Shown piece after piece: positions 1 to 10,791 of a stretch of DNA of 32,000 nt. Position 1 is the stretch's first letter. The number at the start of each line of letters is the position of its first letter. Position numbers and translations under genes: made by a program. The notes under the pieces were generated by a model. That model made no database searches. It was not told the origin of the DNA and saw only the letters and a list, made by a program, of their open reading frames with translations. The stretch covers positions 1,911,474 to 1,943,473 of the forward strand of contig NC_001263.1 of the NCBI RefSeq assembly GCF_000008565.1, read 5' to 3'. Origin of the DNA: Deinococcus radiodurans R1 = ATCC 13939 = DSM 20539 (GTDB taxonomy: Bacteria > Deinococcota > Deinococci > Deinococcales > Deinococcaceae).

Positions 1-143
1 GCGGCTGGGGTCGCCGGGGCCGTCTGAGGAGCAGGGGCAGGCTGGGCAACAGGCGCGGGGGCCGGCGCAGGAGCCGCGTTCTGGGCGAGCGCACCGCCGA
101 GGGCAGCGGCGCCCAGCAGGGCGAGGGTCAGGAAACGTTGCAT
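1..143 (-). CDS. N-terminal fragment of an exported Ala/Pro-rich protein (gene runs off the left edge of the window)
   Basis: Reverse-strand ATG at 143-141 with GGAGG (complement of 151-155) 7 nt upstream. Translation MQRFLTLALLGAAALGGALAQNAAPAPAPAPVAQPAPAPQTAPATPA = signal peptide with an ALA-Q cleavage-type site, then an Ala/Pro linker. Frame is open to position 1. Too short to appear in the ORF track. Confidence 0.6.
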   Translation of the reverse strand, partial: MQRFLTLALLGAAALGGALAQNAAPAPAPAPVAQPAPAPQTAPATPA

Positions 144-386
144 GCAAAAACCTCCGAAGGAGCAGAACAGAAAAATCGGTCGGGAAACGCGGCGACCAGC
201 GGCAACCGGCGAGAAGAACAAAGACCCAGGAAGAGGAGACGGAGAGGAGAAGCGGCGCGGTCTGTCTCGGCATGATACGGGGGCGGGCCGCGCCGGGCAG
301 TGGGCCGCACCGCACATCTCACCGGCAGCCAGCATTGCCGGGCAGGGTGACGGTGGTCTGAAAGGCGGCGCGGCTATCCTGGCTGC

Positions 387-1010
387 ATGACCCGGTCCCC
401 TGCTCCCTCCTCCCCCACCCACCCCCGCCGCCTGGGCCTGACCGGCAGCATCGGCGCGGGCAAAAGCACGGTGGCCCGGTTGCTGCGCGAACGCGGCCTG
501 ACGGTGCTCGACGCCGACGCCGAGGCCCGCTGGGTGACCGAGCAGCCCGAGGTACTGACCGAACTCAACGAGGCTTTTCCCGGCGTGGTCACGGGCGGCA
601 CGCTGGACCGGGCGGGGCTGGCGGCGCGAGTGTTCAGCGACCCGGCGCAGGTCGCCCGCCTCAACGCCATCACCCACCCGCGCGTGCGGGCGAGGATGGA
701 GGCGCTGGAAGCGGCGGCCACCGCGCGCGGCGAGCACTGGGTGGTGCAGGACATTCCCCTGCTGTTCGAGGGCGGTCTGGAACGGGGGATGGACGCCGTG
801 CTGGTGGTAGACGCCCCACTGGAACTGCGGTTGGAACGCGCCCTGGCGCGGGGTGGCCTGACCCGCGAAGACATCCTCGCCCGCGACGCCCGGCAACTGA
901 GCAGCGAGGAAAAACGGCGGCGGGCCACCATCGTCCTCGACAACAGTGGCCCGCTGGAAGCGCTGGAGGGGCAGTTAGACGCCGCCTTGCGCCAGTTGGA
1001 AATCACTTAA
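387..1010 (+). CDS. coaE: dephospho-CoA kinase
   Basis: 207-aa ORF with N-terminal P-loop [13 protein letters not shown] and ITHPRV and DIPLLFE blocks in a CoaE-like layout. TATCCT hexamer at 375-380 lies 6 nt before the ATG (leaderless-type start). Confidence 0.9.
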   Translation: MTRSPAPSSPTHPRRLGLTGSIGAGKSTVARLLRERGLTVLDADAEARWVTEQPEVLTELNEAFPGVVTGGTLDRAGLAARVFSDPAQVARLNAITHPRVRARMEALEAAATARGEHWVVQDIPLLFEGGLERGMDAVLVVDAPLELRLERALARGGLTREDILARDARQLSSEEKRRRATIVLDNSGPLEALEGQLDAALRQLEIT

Positions 1011-1121
1011 GGACGTTGCCCCTGTCATTGCAAAGTTCCGGTACAACACCGGAACCTCTCCATTCTCAGGGCAACGTCCTTCCTCCGTTTCTCGCTCCGC
1101 TCGGTTCATCTGGAGATGAAC
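1009..1121 (+). repeat. structured intergenic repeat, copy A (13-bp outer stem, 47-nt interior, CT-rich spacer, CTCGCTCCGCTCGG core, terminal hairpin)
   Basis: AAGGACGTTGCCC 1009-1021 pairs with GGGCAACGTCCTT 1069-1081. Inner hairpin GTTCCGGT 1035-1042 / ACCGGAAC 1048-1055. Core at 1091-1104. Hairpin GTTCAT 1104-1109 / ATGAAC 1116-1121. Same layout at 12079-12199 and 23381-23498. Starts inside the coaE TAA stop. Confidence 0.75.
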
Positions 1122-1127
1122 TGCGGC

Positions 1128-2069
1128 TTACTTGACCTGAATCTCCACCGAGTTCAGCACGTCGGCCTGGGCCCCGGCAATCGGCCCAGCGTTGTTGTAG
1201 TTGCGAGTCAGCTTGTTCACCGCGTCCATGCCGCTGTCCACCTGTCCGAAGATGGTGTAGCCGCCGTTGAGAAATTCGGTGGGGCCGAAGGTAATGAAGA
1301 ACTGCGAACCGTTGGTGTCGGGGCCGGCGTTCGCCATCGCCAACACGCCCGCGCGGTTAAAGGTCAGGCTGCTGCGTTCGTTGGCGAACTGGTAACCGGG
1401 GCCGCCGGTGCCCCAACGGTCGCTGAGCGCGGTGTCGGCGCTCTGGGGGTCGCCGCCCTGCGCCATGAAGCCCTCAATGACGCGGTGAAAGCGGGTGCCG
1501 TCGTAGAAGTGGTTGAGCGCCAGGAACACGAAGTTGTTGACGGCGAGCGGCGCGGCCTTGGCGTCCAGGTTGACCGTCACGTCGCCCTTGGAGGTGTGCA
1601 ACACGGCGCGGTAGCTCTTGCTCGTGTCGATGACCTGTTCGGCGGCGGTGAAGCTGGTGCGGCGCTCGGCACTGCGGGGGGCCAGGGTGGTCCAGCCGTC
1701 AGCGGTTGTGGCGGGGGCCGGAGTCGCCGCCGGGGTCTGAGTGACTGTCGCGGCGGTGGTCTGTGTGGCGGGCACTGGAGCGGGCGTGCTGGCCGAAGTT
1801 GCCGGGGCCGGAGTCGCGGCAGCCGGGGCCGCAGGCGTCTCGGTCACGGTCGTCATGGTTGTCTGCTCGGTGGTCGTGGCCGCCGTGGTCGTGCCTGGCG
1901 TGGTCGTCGTGACCGCCGTCGTGGTGCTGGTGGCTGGGGCCGCGCCGTTCACTTCGGCCACGATACCGGGGCCTTTGAGTGGCGGGTTGGGGGTCAGCAT
2001 GGCGGTCTGGGTCGGGGCGCAGGCCACCAGGCCGAGGCCGAGCAGCGGGGTCAGCATCCATTTCTTCAT
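1128..2069 (-). CDS. cyclophilin-type peptidyl-prolyl cis-trans isomerase, lipoprotein with long Thr/Ala/Pro linker
   Basis: ORF 1128..2180 trimmed to the internal ATG at 2069. This gives [17 protein letters not shown] (lipobox LVAC) and places TACGCT (complement of 2076-2081) 6 nt upstream. About 85 aa of T/A/P-rich linker. C-terminal cyclophilin blocks [43 protein letters not shown]. Confidence 0.85.
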   Translation of the reverse strand: MKKWMLTPLLGLGLVACAPTQTAMLTPNPPLKGPGIVAEVNGAAPATSTTTAVTTTTPGTTTAATTTEQTTMTTVTETPAAPAAATPAPATSASTPAPVPATQTTAATVTQTPAATPAPATTADGWTTLAPRSAERRTSFTAAEQVIDTSKSYRAVLHTSKGDVTVNLDAKAAPLAVNNFVFLALNHFYDGTRFHRVIEGFMAQGGDPQSADTALSDRWGTGGPGYQFANERSSLTFNRAGVLAMANAGPDTNGSQFFITFGPTEFLNGGYTIFGQVDSGMDAVNKLTRNYNNAGPIAGAQADVLNSVEIQVK

Positions 2070-2169
2070 GCCCTCAGCGTAAAAGCCGGGTCCGAGAGGG
2101 AGATGAAGGTCTATGTACCGAACGTTAGCCCTCGCCTGTTTAGCTCTCGGCTGTTGAACTCCTGCCTTT

Positions 2170-2658
2170 TTACCCTTCATCGAGCGGCAGGCTCGTCGTG
2201 TACTTCTCCTGTTTCACGACGATGGTGCTGTCGGTGTTCCGCACGCCGGGAATGGCGGCGAGCACGTCCACCAGAAAGCGCTGATAGGCGTCCAGATTGG
2301 GCACGCAGACCTTGAGCAGATAGTCGGTGTCGCCGAGGCACAGGTAGCACTCGAGCACCTCGGGCCGCGCCCGCATGTGTTCGGCGAAGTCCTGAAAGCC
2401 CTGTTTGGTCTGCTTGTCGAGCGTCACGCGCACCATCACCATCAGGTCGCGGTTGACGAGTTTGGGGTCGAGCAGCGCGACGTAGCGGTGGATGACGCCT
2501 TCTTCTTCGAGCCGCCGCACCCGCCTCAAGGTGGGCGCGGGCGTCAGGCCGATTTCGTCGGCCAGCTCGGTGTTGGCGATGCGGGCGTCGCGTTGCAGGA
2601 TGGACAGGATCTGCCGGTCGGTGGGGTCGAGATCAGGGAAGGGGCGCGAGTTGGACAT
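2170..2658 (-). CDS. Lrp/AsnC-family transcriptional regulator
   Basis: ORF 2170..2757 trimmed to ATG 2658 (GAGGG 4 nt upstream). [56 protein letters not shown] is an AsnC-type HTH, followed by a ligand-binding (RAM-like) domain. Divergent from ald. Confidence 0.85.
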   Translation of the reverse strand: MSNSRPFPDLDPTDRQILSILQRDARIANTELADEIGLTPAPTLRRVRRLEEEGVIHRYVALLDPKLVNRDLMVMVRVTLDKQTKQGFQDFAEHMRARPEVLECYLCLGDTDYLLKVCVPNLDAYQRFLVDVLAAIPGVRNTDSTIVVKQEKYTTSLPLDEG

Positions 2659-2822
2659 TTCGCCCTCAAAATACCCCGCCGGGCGCAACCGCGTTGCGAA
2701 AAAGGCCGCAAAGTTCTTGCTCGTGGCAATCGCCGTCAGGAGGGGCCCTGCTAGCATTGCGCGACTTCAAAACGATGATCGCCCCCGTTACAGACGGCGA
2801 CGGGTGGGCCGTGAGGTGGCAT

Positions 2823-3929
2823 ATGCACGTAGGACTTCCCAAGGAAATCAAGGTCAAGGAAAACCGGGTGGCGCTCACCCCCGGCGGGGTAGCCACCCTG
2901 GTGCGGCGCGGGCACCGGGTGACGGTGGAGCGCGGCGCGGGTGCGGGCAGCGGCCTCCCCGACCAAGAGTACGAGCAGGCCGGAGCGACCCTGGGCAGCG
3001 CCGCCGACGCCTGGGGCGCCGAGATGGTGGTCAAGGTCAAGGAGCCGATAGAAAGCGAGTACGGCTACCTGCGCGACGACCTGCTGCTGTTTACCTACCT
3101 GCACCTCGCCGCCGACCGCCCGCTGACCGACGCGCTGATGCAGGCCGGGACGACGGCGGTGGCCTACGAAACGGTGCAACTGCCCGACGGCAGCCTGCCG
3201 CTGCTGACCCCCATGTCGGAGGTCGCCGGGCGCCTGAGCGTGCAGGCGGGGGCCTACCACCTGCAAAAGCCGGCGGGCGGGAAGGGCGTCCTGCTCGGCG
3301 GCGTTCCCGGCGTGACGCCCGGTCACGTGACCATCGTGGGCGGCGGCGTGGTCGGCACCAATGCTGCAAAAATGGCGATGGGCCTGGGCGCCAAAGTCAC
3401 CATTCTGGACGTGTCGCACCGGCGCCTGACGTATCTGGACGACGTGTTTTTCGGGCGCCTGACCACCATGATGAGCAGCGAGGCAAACCTGCGTGCGCTG
3501 CTCCCGCAGACCGATTTGCTTATCGGCGCGGTGCTCATTCCGGGGGCTAAGGCTCCGAACCTCGTCACCCGCGACATGCTGGGGCTGCTGGAACCGGGCT
3601 CGGTCATCGCCGACGTCGCCATTGACCAGGGCGGCTGCGTGGAAACGATGCACCCCACCACCCACGACGAGCCGACCTACCTGGTGGACGACATCGTTCA
3701 CTACGGCGTCGCCAACATGCCCGGCGCGGTGCCGCGCACCTCGACTTTCGCGCTGACGAACGCGACTTTTCCTTATGCCCTCGCGCTTGCTGAGCACGGC
3801 TTAGGCGCCCTCAAGCGTGACCCGGCGCTCGCTGCGGGCCTCAACACCCATCAGGGCAAAGTGACCTGCGCGGGTGTGGCCGACGCCTTCGGGCTGAGTG
3901 GGCAGGACGTGGAGGCGGTCCTGGCCTGA
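2823..3929 (+). CDS. ald: L-alanine dehydrogenase
   Basis: ORF 2694..3929 trimmed to ATG 2823 preceded by GAGGTGG. N-terminus [23 protein letters not shown]. Rossmann motif [17 protein letters not shown]. 368 aa, typical Ald length. Confidence 0.9.
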   Translation: MHVGLPKEIKVKENRVALTPGGVATLVRRGHRVTVERGAGAGSGLPDQEYEQAGATLGSAADAWGAEMVVKVKEPIESEYGYLRDDLLLFTYLHLAADRPLTDALMQAGTTAVAYETVQLPDGSLPLLTPMSEVAGRLSVQAGAYHLQKPAGGKGVLLGGVPGVTPGHVTIVGGGVVGTNAAKMAMGLGAKVTILDVSHRRLTYLDDVFFGRLTTMMSSEANLRALLPQTDLLIGAVLIPGAKAPNLVTRDMLGLLEPGSVIADVAIDQGGCVETMHPTTHDEPTYLVDDIVHYGVANMPGAVPRTSTFALTNATFPYALALAEHGLGALKRDPALAAGLNTHQGKVTCAGVADAFGLSGQDVEAVLA

Positions 3930-3965
3930 GCCTTCTGCCGCCCTGCCCCCGGCAGCTTTGCCACA

Positions 3966-4250
3966 ATGCGGGGTATGGACCGCACCCTCGATATTGCCCA
4001 CCAGATTGACCTCACCGGCTTTCCCGCTGGCGTCACCGTCACCCACGAGCAGGCATCAGAAGGCGTGTTGCTGCGGGCCGAGCAGGGCGGGCGTGGGCTG
4101 GAGCTGTGGCTCACCACCGACGCGATGAAGATGTACGGTCCTGGTCCCGCCGTGGCGATGGCGCTCAGCCACCTCAAGCAGGCGGTGGAGGCAGGGTTGC
4201 CGGAGAAGGAGGACGGGGCTTATCACCGGGCGGTGTTTTTGGGAGATTGA
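3966..4250 (+). CDS. hypothetical protein (about 91-94 aa)
   Basis: ORF with strongly G/C-biased third positions, unlike overlapping frames. No recognisable domain. The alternative ATG at 3975 has CACAAT (3962-3967) 7 nt upstream, so 3975 may be the true leaderless start. Confidence 0.5.
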   Translation: MRGMDRTLDIAHQIDLTGFPAGVTVTHEQASEGVLLRAEQGGRGLELWLTTDAMKMYGPGPAVAMALSHLKQAVEAGLPEKEDGAYHRAVFLGD

Positions 4251-4304
4251 GTCGATTAGGAACGCTCTCTTCGGAAAAGACGCTGGTCTGGACGCCCCCT
4301 CACC

Positions 4305-4342
4305 CCTGCCTTCGGCAGGCCCTCTCCCGCGAGGGGAGAGGG
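4305..4342. repeat. GC-rich tandem hairpin element (REP/SNR-like)
   Basis: CCTGCC-ttc-GGCAGG at 4305-4319 is immediately followed by CCCTCTCCC-gcgag-GGGAGAGGG at 4320-4342. Lies in the convergent intergenic space between 3966..4250 (+) and 4408..4806 (-). Confidence 0.5.
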
Positions 4343-4355
4343 TCAAAAGCTAACA

Positions 4356-4389
4356 ACAGCCTTCCCCAGTGATACGGGGAGGCTGTTTC
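4356..4389. terminator. bidirectional-looking stem-loop terminator
   Basis: ACAGCCTTCCCC 4356-4367 pairs with GGGGAGGCTGT 4376-4386 (one bulged T), followed by TTT on the plus strand. It lies between the ends of two convergent genes. Confidence 0.55.
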
Positions 4390-4407
4390 ACCTTTAAATA
4401 CAAATAC

Positions 4408-4806
4408 TCAGCCCTGACGGTTCTGATCCTGCCCACCCTTCATCGCTGCGTCCTGGCGGGCCTTTTCCGCGCTGGCCTGGATTTCCTTCGCCACTTTTTC
4501 GGCGTTGGCGCGGGTCAGGTCGGCGAATTGGCGGACCTGCTGGCGGGTTTCGCTGGTGGCGTCCTTGAGCTGGGCGTCCATGGCGGTCAGGCCGGCCTCG
4601 TACTGCTTTTTGGTGGCGTCGGCGCGGGCGCGGGCCTCGGCAGCGGCGGCGCGGTGGGAGGCGTTTTCGGTCTCGTCCTCTCCCACTCGCGCGGCGAGGT
4701 CGTGCGACAGCGCGCGGGCACGCTCGACCAGTTCGTCGGCGCTCTGGCGGGCGATTTCGACCATGTCGTCGAACAGCTTGCGGGGGTCCGGCTTGGGGTC
4801 GGTCAT
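4408..4806 (-). CDS. hydrophilic, Ala/Glu/Arg/Lys/Gln-rich helical protein (LEA-, phasin- or apolipoprotein-like), function unknown
   Basis: 132-aa ORF with no Cys or Trp, long charged stretches ([43 protein letters not shown]) and coding-type GC3. CATGCT (complement of 4813-4818) lies 6 nt upstream of the ATG. Confidence 0.7.
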   Translation of the reverse strand: MTDPKPDPRKLFDDMVEIARQSADELVERARALSHDLAARVGEDETENASHRAAAAEARARADATKKQYEAGLTAMDAQLKDATSETRQQVRQFADLTRANAEKVAKEIQASAEKARQDAAMKGGQDQNRQG

Positions 4807-4910
4807 GGTCCCAGCATGAACTGTCGGCGCAGGGCAGGCGGTGAAAGCGGCTTGAGGCTTTGCAAGGAAAAGCGGAGTAGGCCGGGGCGGGGGCCGCTAT
4901 CCTCCCCCGC

Positions 4911-6214
<1,304 letters not shown>

Positions 6215-6215
<1 letters not shown>

Positions 6216-6240
6216 AAAACCCCACCTCGGCGGGTGGGGT
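6215..6240 (-). terminator. rho-independent terminator of the small minus-strand gene 6258..6446
   Basis: On the minus strand: ACCCCACC-cgccga-GGTGGGGT followed by TTTT (complement of 6215-6240). Abuts the rarA stop codon. Confidence 0.7.
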
Positions 6241-6257
6241 GGGCAATGAAAAGCGCT

Positions 6258-6446
6258 TCAGCGTTGCTGCGGACGCTTGGTCACGTCGGTGCCGAGCACG
6301 CTTTCGGGGGTCTGGTCGGCCTGCTTGGCCTTTTCGGCCATGCCGGTGTCCTGAATGCCCTTGATGTCGCTCAGGTCATTCGTGTCCTTGCTGCCACCTT
6401 CAGGGCTGCGCTCAGCGGGGGGCATGGCTTTGGCGTCGTCACTCAT
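6258..6446 (-). CDS. small (62 aa) highly hydrophilic protein
   Basis: Internal ATG at 6446 of ORF 6258..6707 has a perfect GGAGG (complement of 6453-6457) 6 nt upstream. MSDDAKAMPPAERSPEGGSKDTNDLSDIKGIQDTGMAEKAKQADQTPESVLGTDVTKRPQQR. Terminator directly downstream. Confidence 0.7.
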   Translation of the reverse strand: MSDDAKAMPPAERSPEGGSKDTNDLSDIKGIQDTGMAEKAKQADQTPESVLGTDVTKRPQQR

Positions 6447-6513
6447 GTCGGACCTCCTGTGTTGGGATGCCCCCAGGGTAAGGGCGCCGCCTGCGCCTGC
6501 CGTGAACTGGGCG

Positions 6514-7083
6514 TTAAGGCCCTTGCTGTTCGCGCGCTGTCCCTCCCCGCATTGCCGCGTTGTAGGCGCCCGAACCCCCGCGCGGAATGCTGATGGTCTG
6601 GAAGTCGGCCCCGCGCAGGGTCTTGACCAGGAAGATGAGCTGGAAGACGTGCCCGCTGGCGTGCAGGGCGGCCCGCTCCACCGCGCCGAGGACGGTGTGG
6701 GCCTCACCGCGAATGGTCAGGGTCTGCGTCAGGTCGTCCGGGCGCAGGTGGTCGAGCGCGTCCAGAAACACCTGCCAGCCCTCGTCCCAACAGGTCAAGA
6801 GGTCGGCGGCGCTCAGGTGCGCGTCCTCGAATTCGGCGTCACGGTCACGGCCCGGCGTTTCGCCTTCCACCCCTTCCCGGTAGCCACTTTGCAGGCCGCC
6901 CCAGCGCGAGCGCAGGTTGCCCGCGAGATGCTGCACGATGACGGCAGCGGAGTTGCCGCCCGGCGCAAGGACCGTGTGCCAGGCGTCGTCCGGCAACTGT
7001 GCCAGCGCCCGGTCCCCGAGCTGCCGGGTGCCGCGAAGCCGCTCCCGAAGTTCGGAAAGGTAAAGGGCCGCCACGTCGCTCAT
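6514..7083 (-). CDS. DinB-superfamily (DUF1572-like) protein
   Basis: 189-aa ORF with candidate metal-binding histidines in VIVQHLAGN and HASGHVFQ, a spacing typical of the DinB four-helix-bundle family that is expanded in Deinococcus. TATCAT (complement of 7090-7095) lies 6 nt upstream of the ATG. Confidence 0.8.
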   Translation of the reverse strand: MSDVAALYLSELRERLRGTRQLGDRALAQLPDDAWHTVLAPGGNSAAVIVQHLAGNLRSRWGGLQSGYREGVEGETPGRDRDAEFEDAHLSAADLLTCWDEGWQVFLDALDHLRPDDLTQTLTIRGEAHTVLGAVERAALHASGHVFQLIFLVKTLRGADFQTISIPRGGSGAYNAAMRGGTAREQQGP

Positions 7084-7100
7084 GGTCCGATGATACGGGC

Positions 7101-7739
7101 CTACCAGCGCACGTTCAGGCTGACGCTGCCGTCTACCCGGTCCTGCGCCGGATTGAAGCTCAGGCCCGCGCTCACCCCCAGGCTGGGCGCGAAGATGGAC
7201 GTGGGGACCAGCGACACCGAGTAGCCCAGGCTGGTGCGTCCATCGAAAGGGTTGTACCCCAATGACGCGCTCTGGTTGACCGCTTTGGGCGGGCGCACGT
7301 CGTAGGTCGCCTGGGCGATGACGGTGCCTTCGCGGTTCAGGATGTCCACTGTGCCCGCGTGCGCCGCCATCACCACGAAGCTGACGCTCTGGGCCGCGTA
7401 GGCGCTGAGCTGCACGCGCCCGTCCGCCGGGCCGCGAAAGACCGTCCGGGGGTCGCGGGGGCGCAAGATGACCTCGGTGCTGACCTCGCTGAGCAGGCTG
7501 AACGACAGGTTGGCGGCAGTGTACCCGCGCTGAAGGTACTGCTCGGCGCGGGCGGGCTGCACCAGCACCCGGCGGGCGAGTTCAGCGCGGGGCGGGGGCG
7601 CGGCGCCCGGCGTGATGGTCACGGCCGGCGCGACGAGCTGCGCCTGTCCCGACCCTCCCAGCGCGAGAAACAGAACAAGCGGGCGCAGGCCGCAGCCCGC
7701 CCGCCTGTTCCAGCGTTGCCGCTTAGAAGCTGCTGCCAC
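7101..7739 (-). CDS. hypothetical exported protein, beta-rich, C-terminal aromatic residue (possible outer-membrane/envelope protein)
   Basis: 212-aa ORF with a GTG start overlapping the upstream gene by 17 nt. Hydrophobic LRPLVLFLALGGSGQAQ signal-like segment. Ends ...GSVSLNVRW. No recognisable domain. Confidence 0.6.
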   Translation of the reverse strand: MAAASKRQRWNRRAGCGLRPLVLFLALGGSGQAQLVAPAVTITPGAAPPPRAELARRVLVQPARAEQYLQRGYTAANLSFSLLSEVSTEVILRPRDPRTVFRGPADGRVQLSAYAAQSVSFVVMAAHAGTVDILNREGTVIAQATYDVRPPKAVNQSASLGYNPFDGRTSLGYSVSLVPTSIFAPSLGVSAGLSFNPAQDRVDGSVSLNVRW

Positions 7740-8211
7740 TGCTCGACGTGTTGTTCATGTTGGCGGTGGCGCTGACATCGAAGACCACCTGGACGGTCTG
7801 CCCGGCCTGCGCCGCGTCGGTGGAGTTGTCGAAGGTCAGGGTGAAGGTGAGGGTCGCGTCCTCGCCGGGCTTGATGGTCGCCGTGGTGGACACGCCCGAG
7901 ACCTTCAGGTGCGCCGCGCCCGTGCCGCTGGGGGCCTGGGCGACCGCGCTCACGTTGATGTCACGGTCGGTGGTGTTGGTCACGGGAATGGAGAGCGTGA
8001 AGCTGTTGCCGGGGCGAATCTGCTCGGCGCTGAGCGTGACGGTGGTGCTGGGCACGCTGAAGCTGACGGCCTGGGCATAGGTGCCGTCGGCGCTCAGGCT
8101 CAGGGTAGCGTTGTCGTAGTCGGTCTGGGTGCTGCTCGTCCCCGCCAGGGCGGGGGCCCCGAGGCTGAGCAGGGCGGCGATGACGAGGGCAGACTTTCTG
8201 GTATTGAACAT
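7723..8211 (-). CDS. hypothetical secreted Ser/Thr-rich beta-sandwich-like protein
   Basis: 162-aa ORF with GGAG (complement of 8217-8220) upstream. Signal peptide MFNTRKSALVIAALLSLGAPALAG. Alternating beta-strand-like pattern. Ends SSSGSSF. Confidence 0.7.
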   Translation of the reverse strand: MFNTRKSALVIAALLSLGAPALAGTSSTQTDYDNATLSLSADGTYAQAVSFSVPSTTVTLSAEQIRPGNSFTLSIPVTNTTDRDINVSAVAQAPSGTGAAHLKVSGVSTTATIKPGEDATLTFTLTFDNSTDAAQAGQTVQVVFDVSATANMNNTSSSGSSF

Positions 8212-8439
8212 GAGAACTCCTGAAAGCGGCAGGGGCCGCGAAATAAGGGCCAGACGCCTGGAACAGCTCCGGGGCCAGACACCAACGAAAAGCCGGTCGC
8301 ACCACTTGCTCCTCCCGTCCGAGGTGCCCGAATTACAGGGCGGGATTCATCGCGTCTCTTCGACAGAAGTTCCTGGGGTGAATCTGTGCGAAGTGAAGCG
8401 AGTCTAAAGTGGGATCTCTGACAGAACTCTTAAGGCGTC

Positions 8440-10587
<2,148 letters not shown>

Positions 10588-10594
10588 GCCAGGC

Positions 10595-10623
10595 AGGATA
10601 GCGCGGAAGGTGGATTATGTCAT
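10595..10623 (-). promoter_or_regulatory. predicted leaderless recD2 promoter (-35 ATGACA, 17-nt spacer, -10 TATCCT, 7 nt to ATG)
   Basis: Minus-strand reading: ATGACA (10623-10618), taatccaccttccgcgc, TATCCT (10600-10595), gcctggc, ATG (10587). Confidence 0.55.
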
Positions 10624-10631
10624 CAGCGTAA
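10615..10631 (-). promoter_or_regulatory. RDRM-like 17-bp palindrome (candidate DdrO operator) upstream of recD2
   Basis: Minus strand TTACGCTGATGACATAA fits TTAYGY-n5-RCRTAA. Overlaps the predicted -35. Close relative of the gyrA site at 20811-20827. Confidence 0.65.
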
Positions 10632-10791
10632 TTAGGAAGATGGCGGTGCAGGCACGGGCGGCTGTGGCCTCCGGGTTTTCCCTCGTGTCTGCCTGGACCG
10701 AGTTAAGTCACGGGCCAATCGCATCAGAATTCGTGGCATTTTCCTGAGAACCTGACACAAAGACACGGCATACTGAACGCGAGGATAAATT

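Noticed and set aside
142-390. 82-aa plus-strand ORF filling the gap before coaE and ending in an ATGA overlap with the coaE start
   Set aside because: Third-codon positions are not GC-biased. The product is a low-complexity charged string. Its ATG shares the CATG with the well-supported minus-strand start at 143. More likely it is the purine-rich non-coding strand of a CT-rich leader or promoter region.
1700-2000. Apparent DNA-level repetitiveness (acc/gcc/gtc-rich) on both strands
   Set aside because: It reflects the Thr/Ala/Pro low-complexity linker of the cyclophilin lipoprotein. There are no exact tandem units, so it is not an independent repeat element.
8341-8400. Possible fourth, degenerate copy of the repeat core (minus strand CTCGCTTCACTTCGC followed by hairpin CTTCGCACAG/CTGTCGAAG) downstream of recD2
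   Set aside because: The core match is weak. The 47-nt interior and outer stem architecture are absent. Similarity may be chance in CT-rich sequence.
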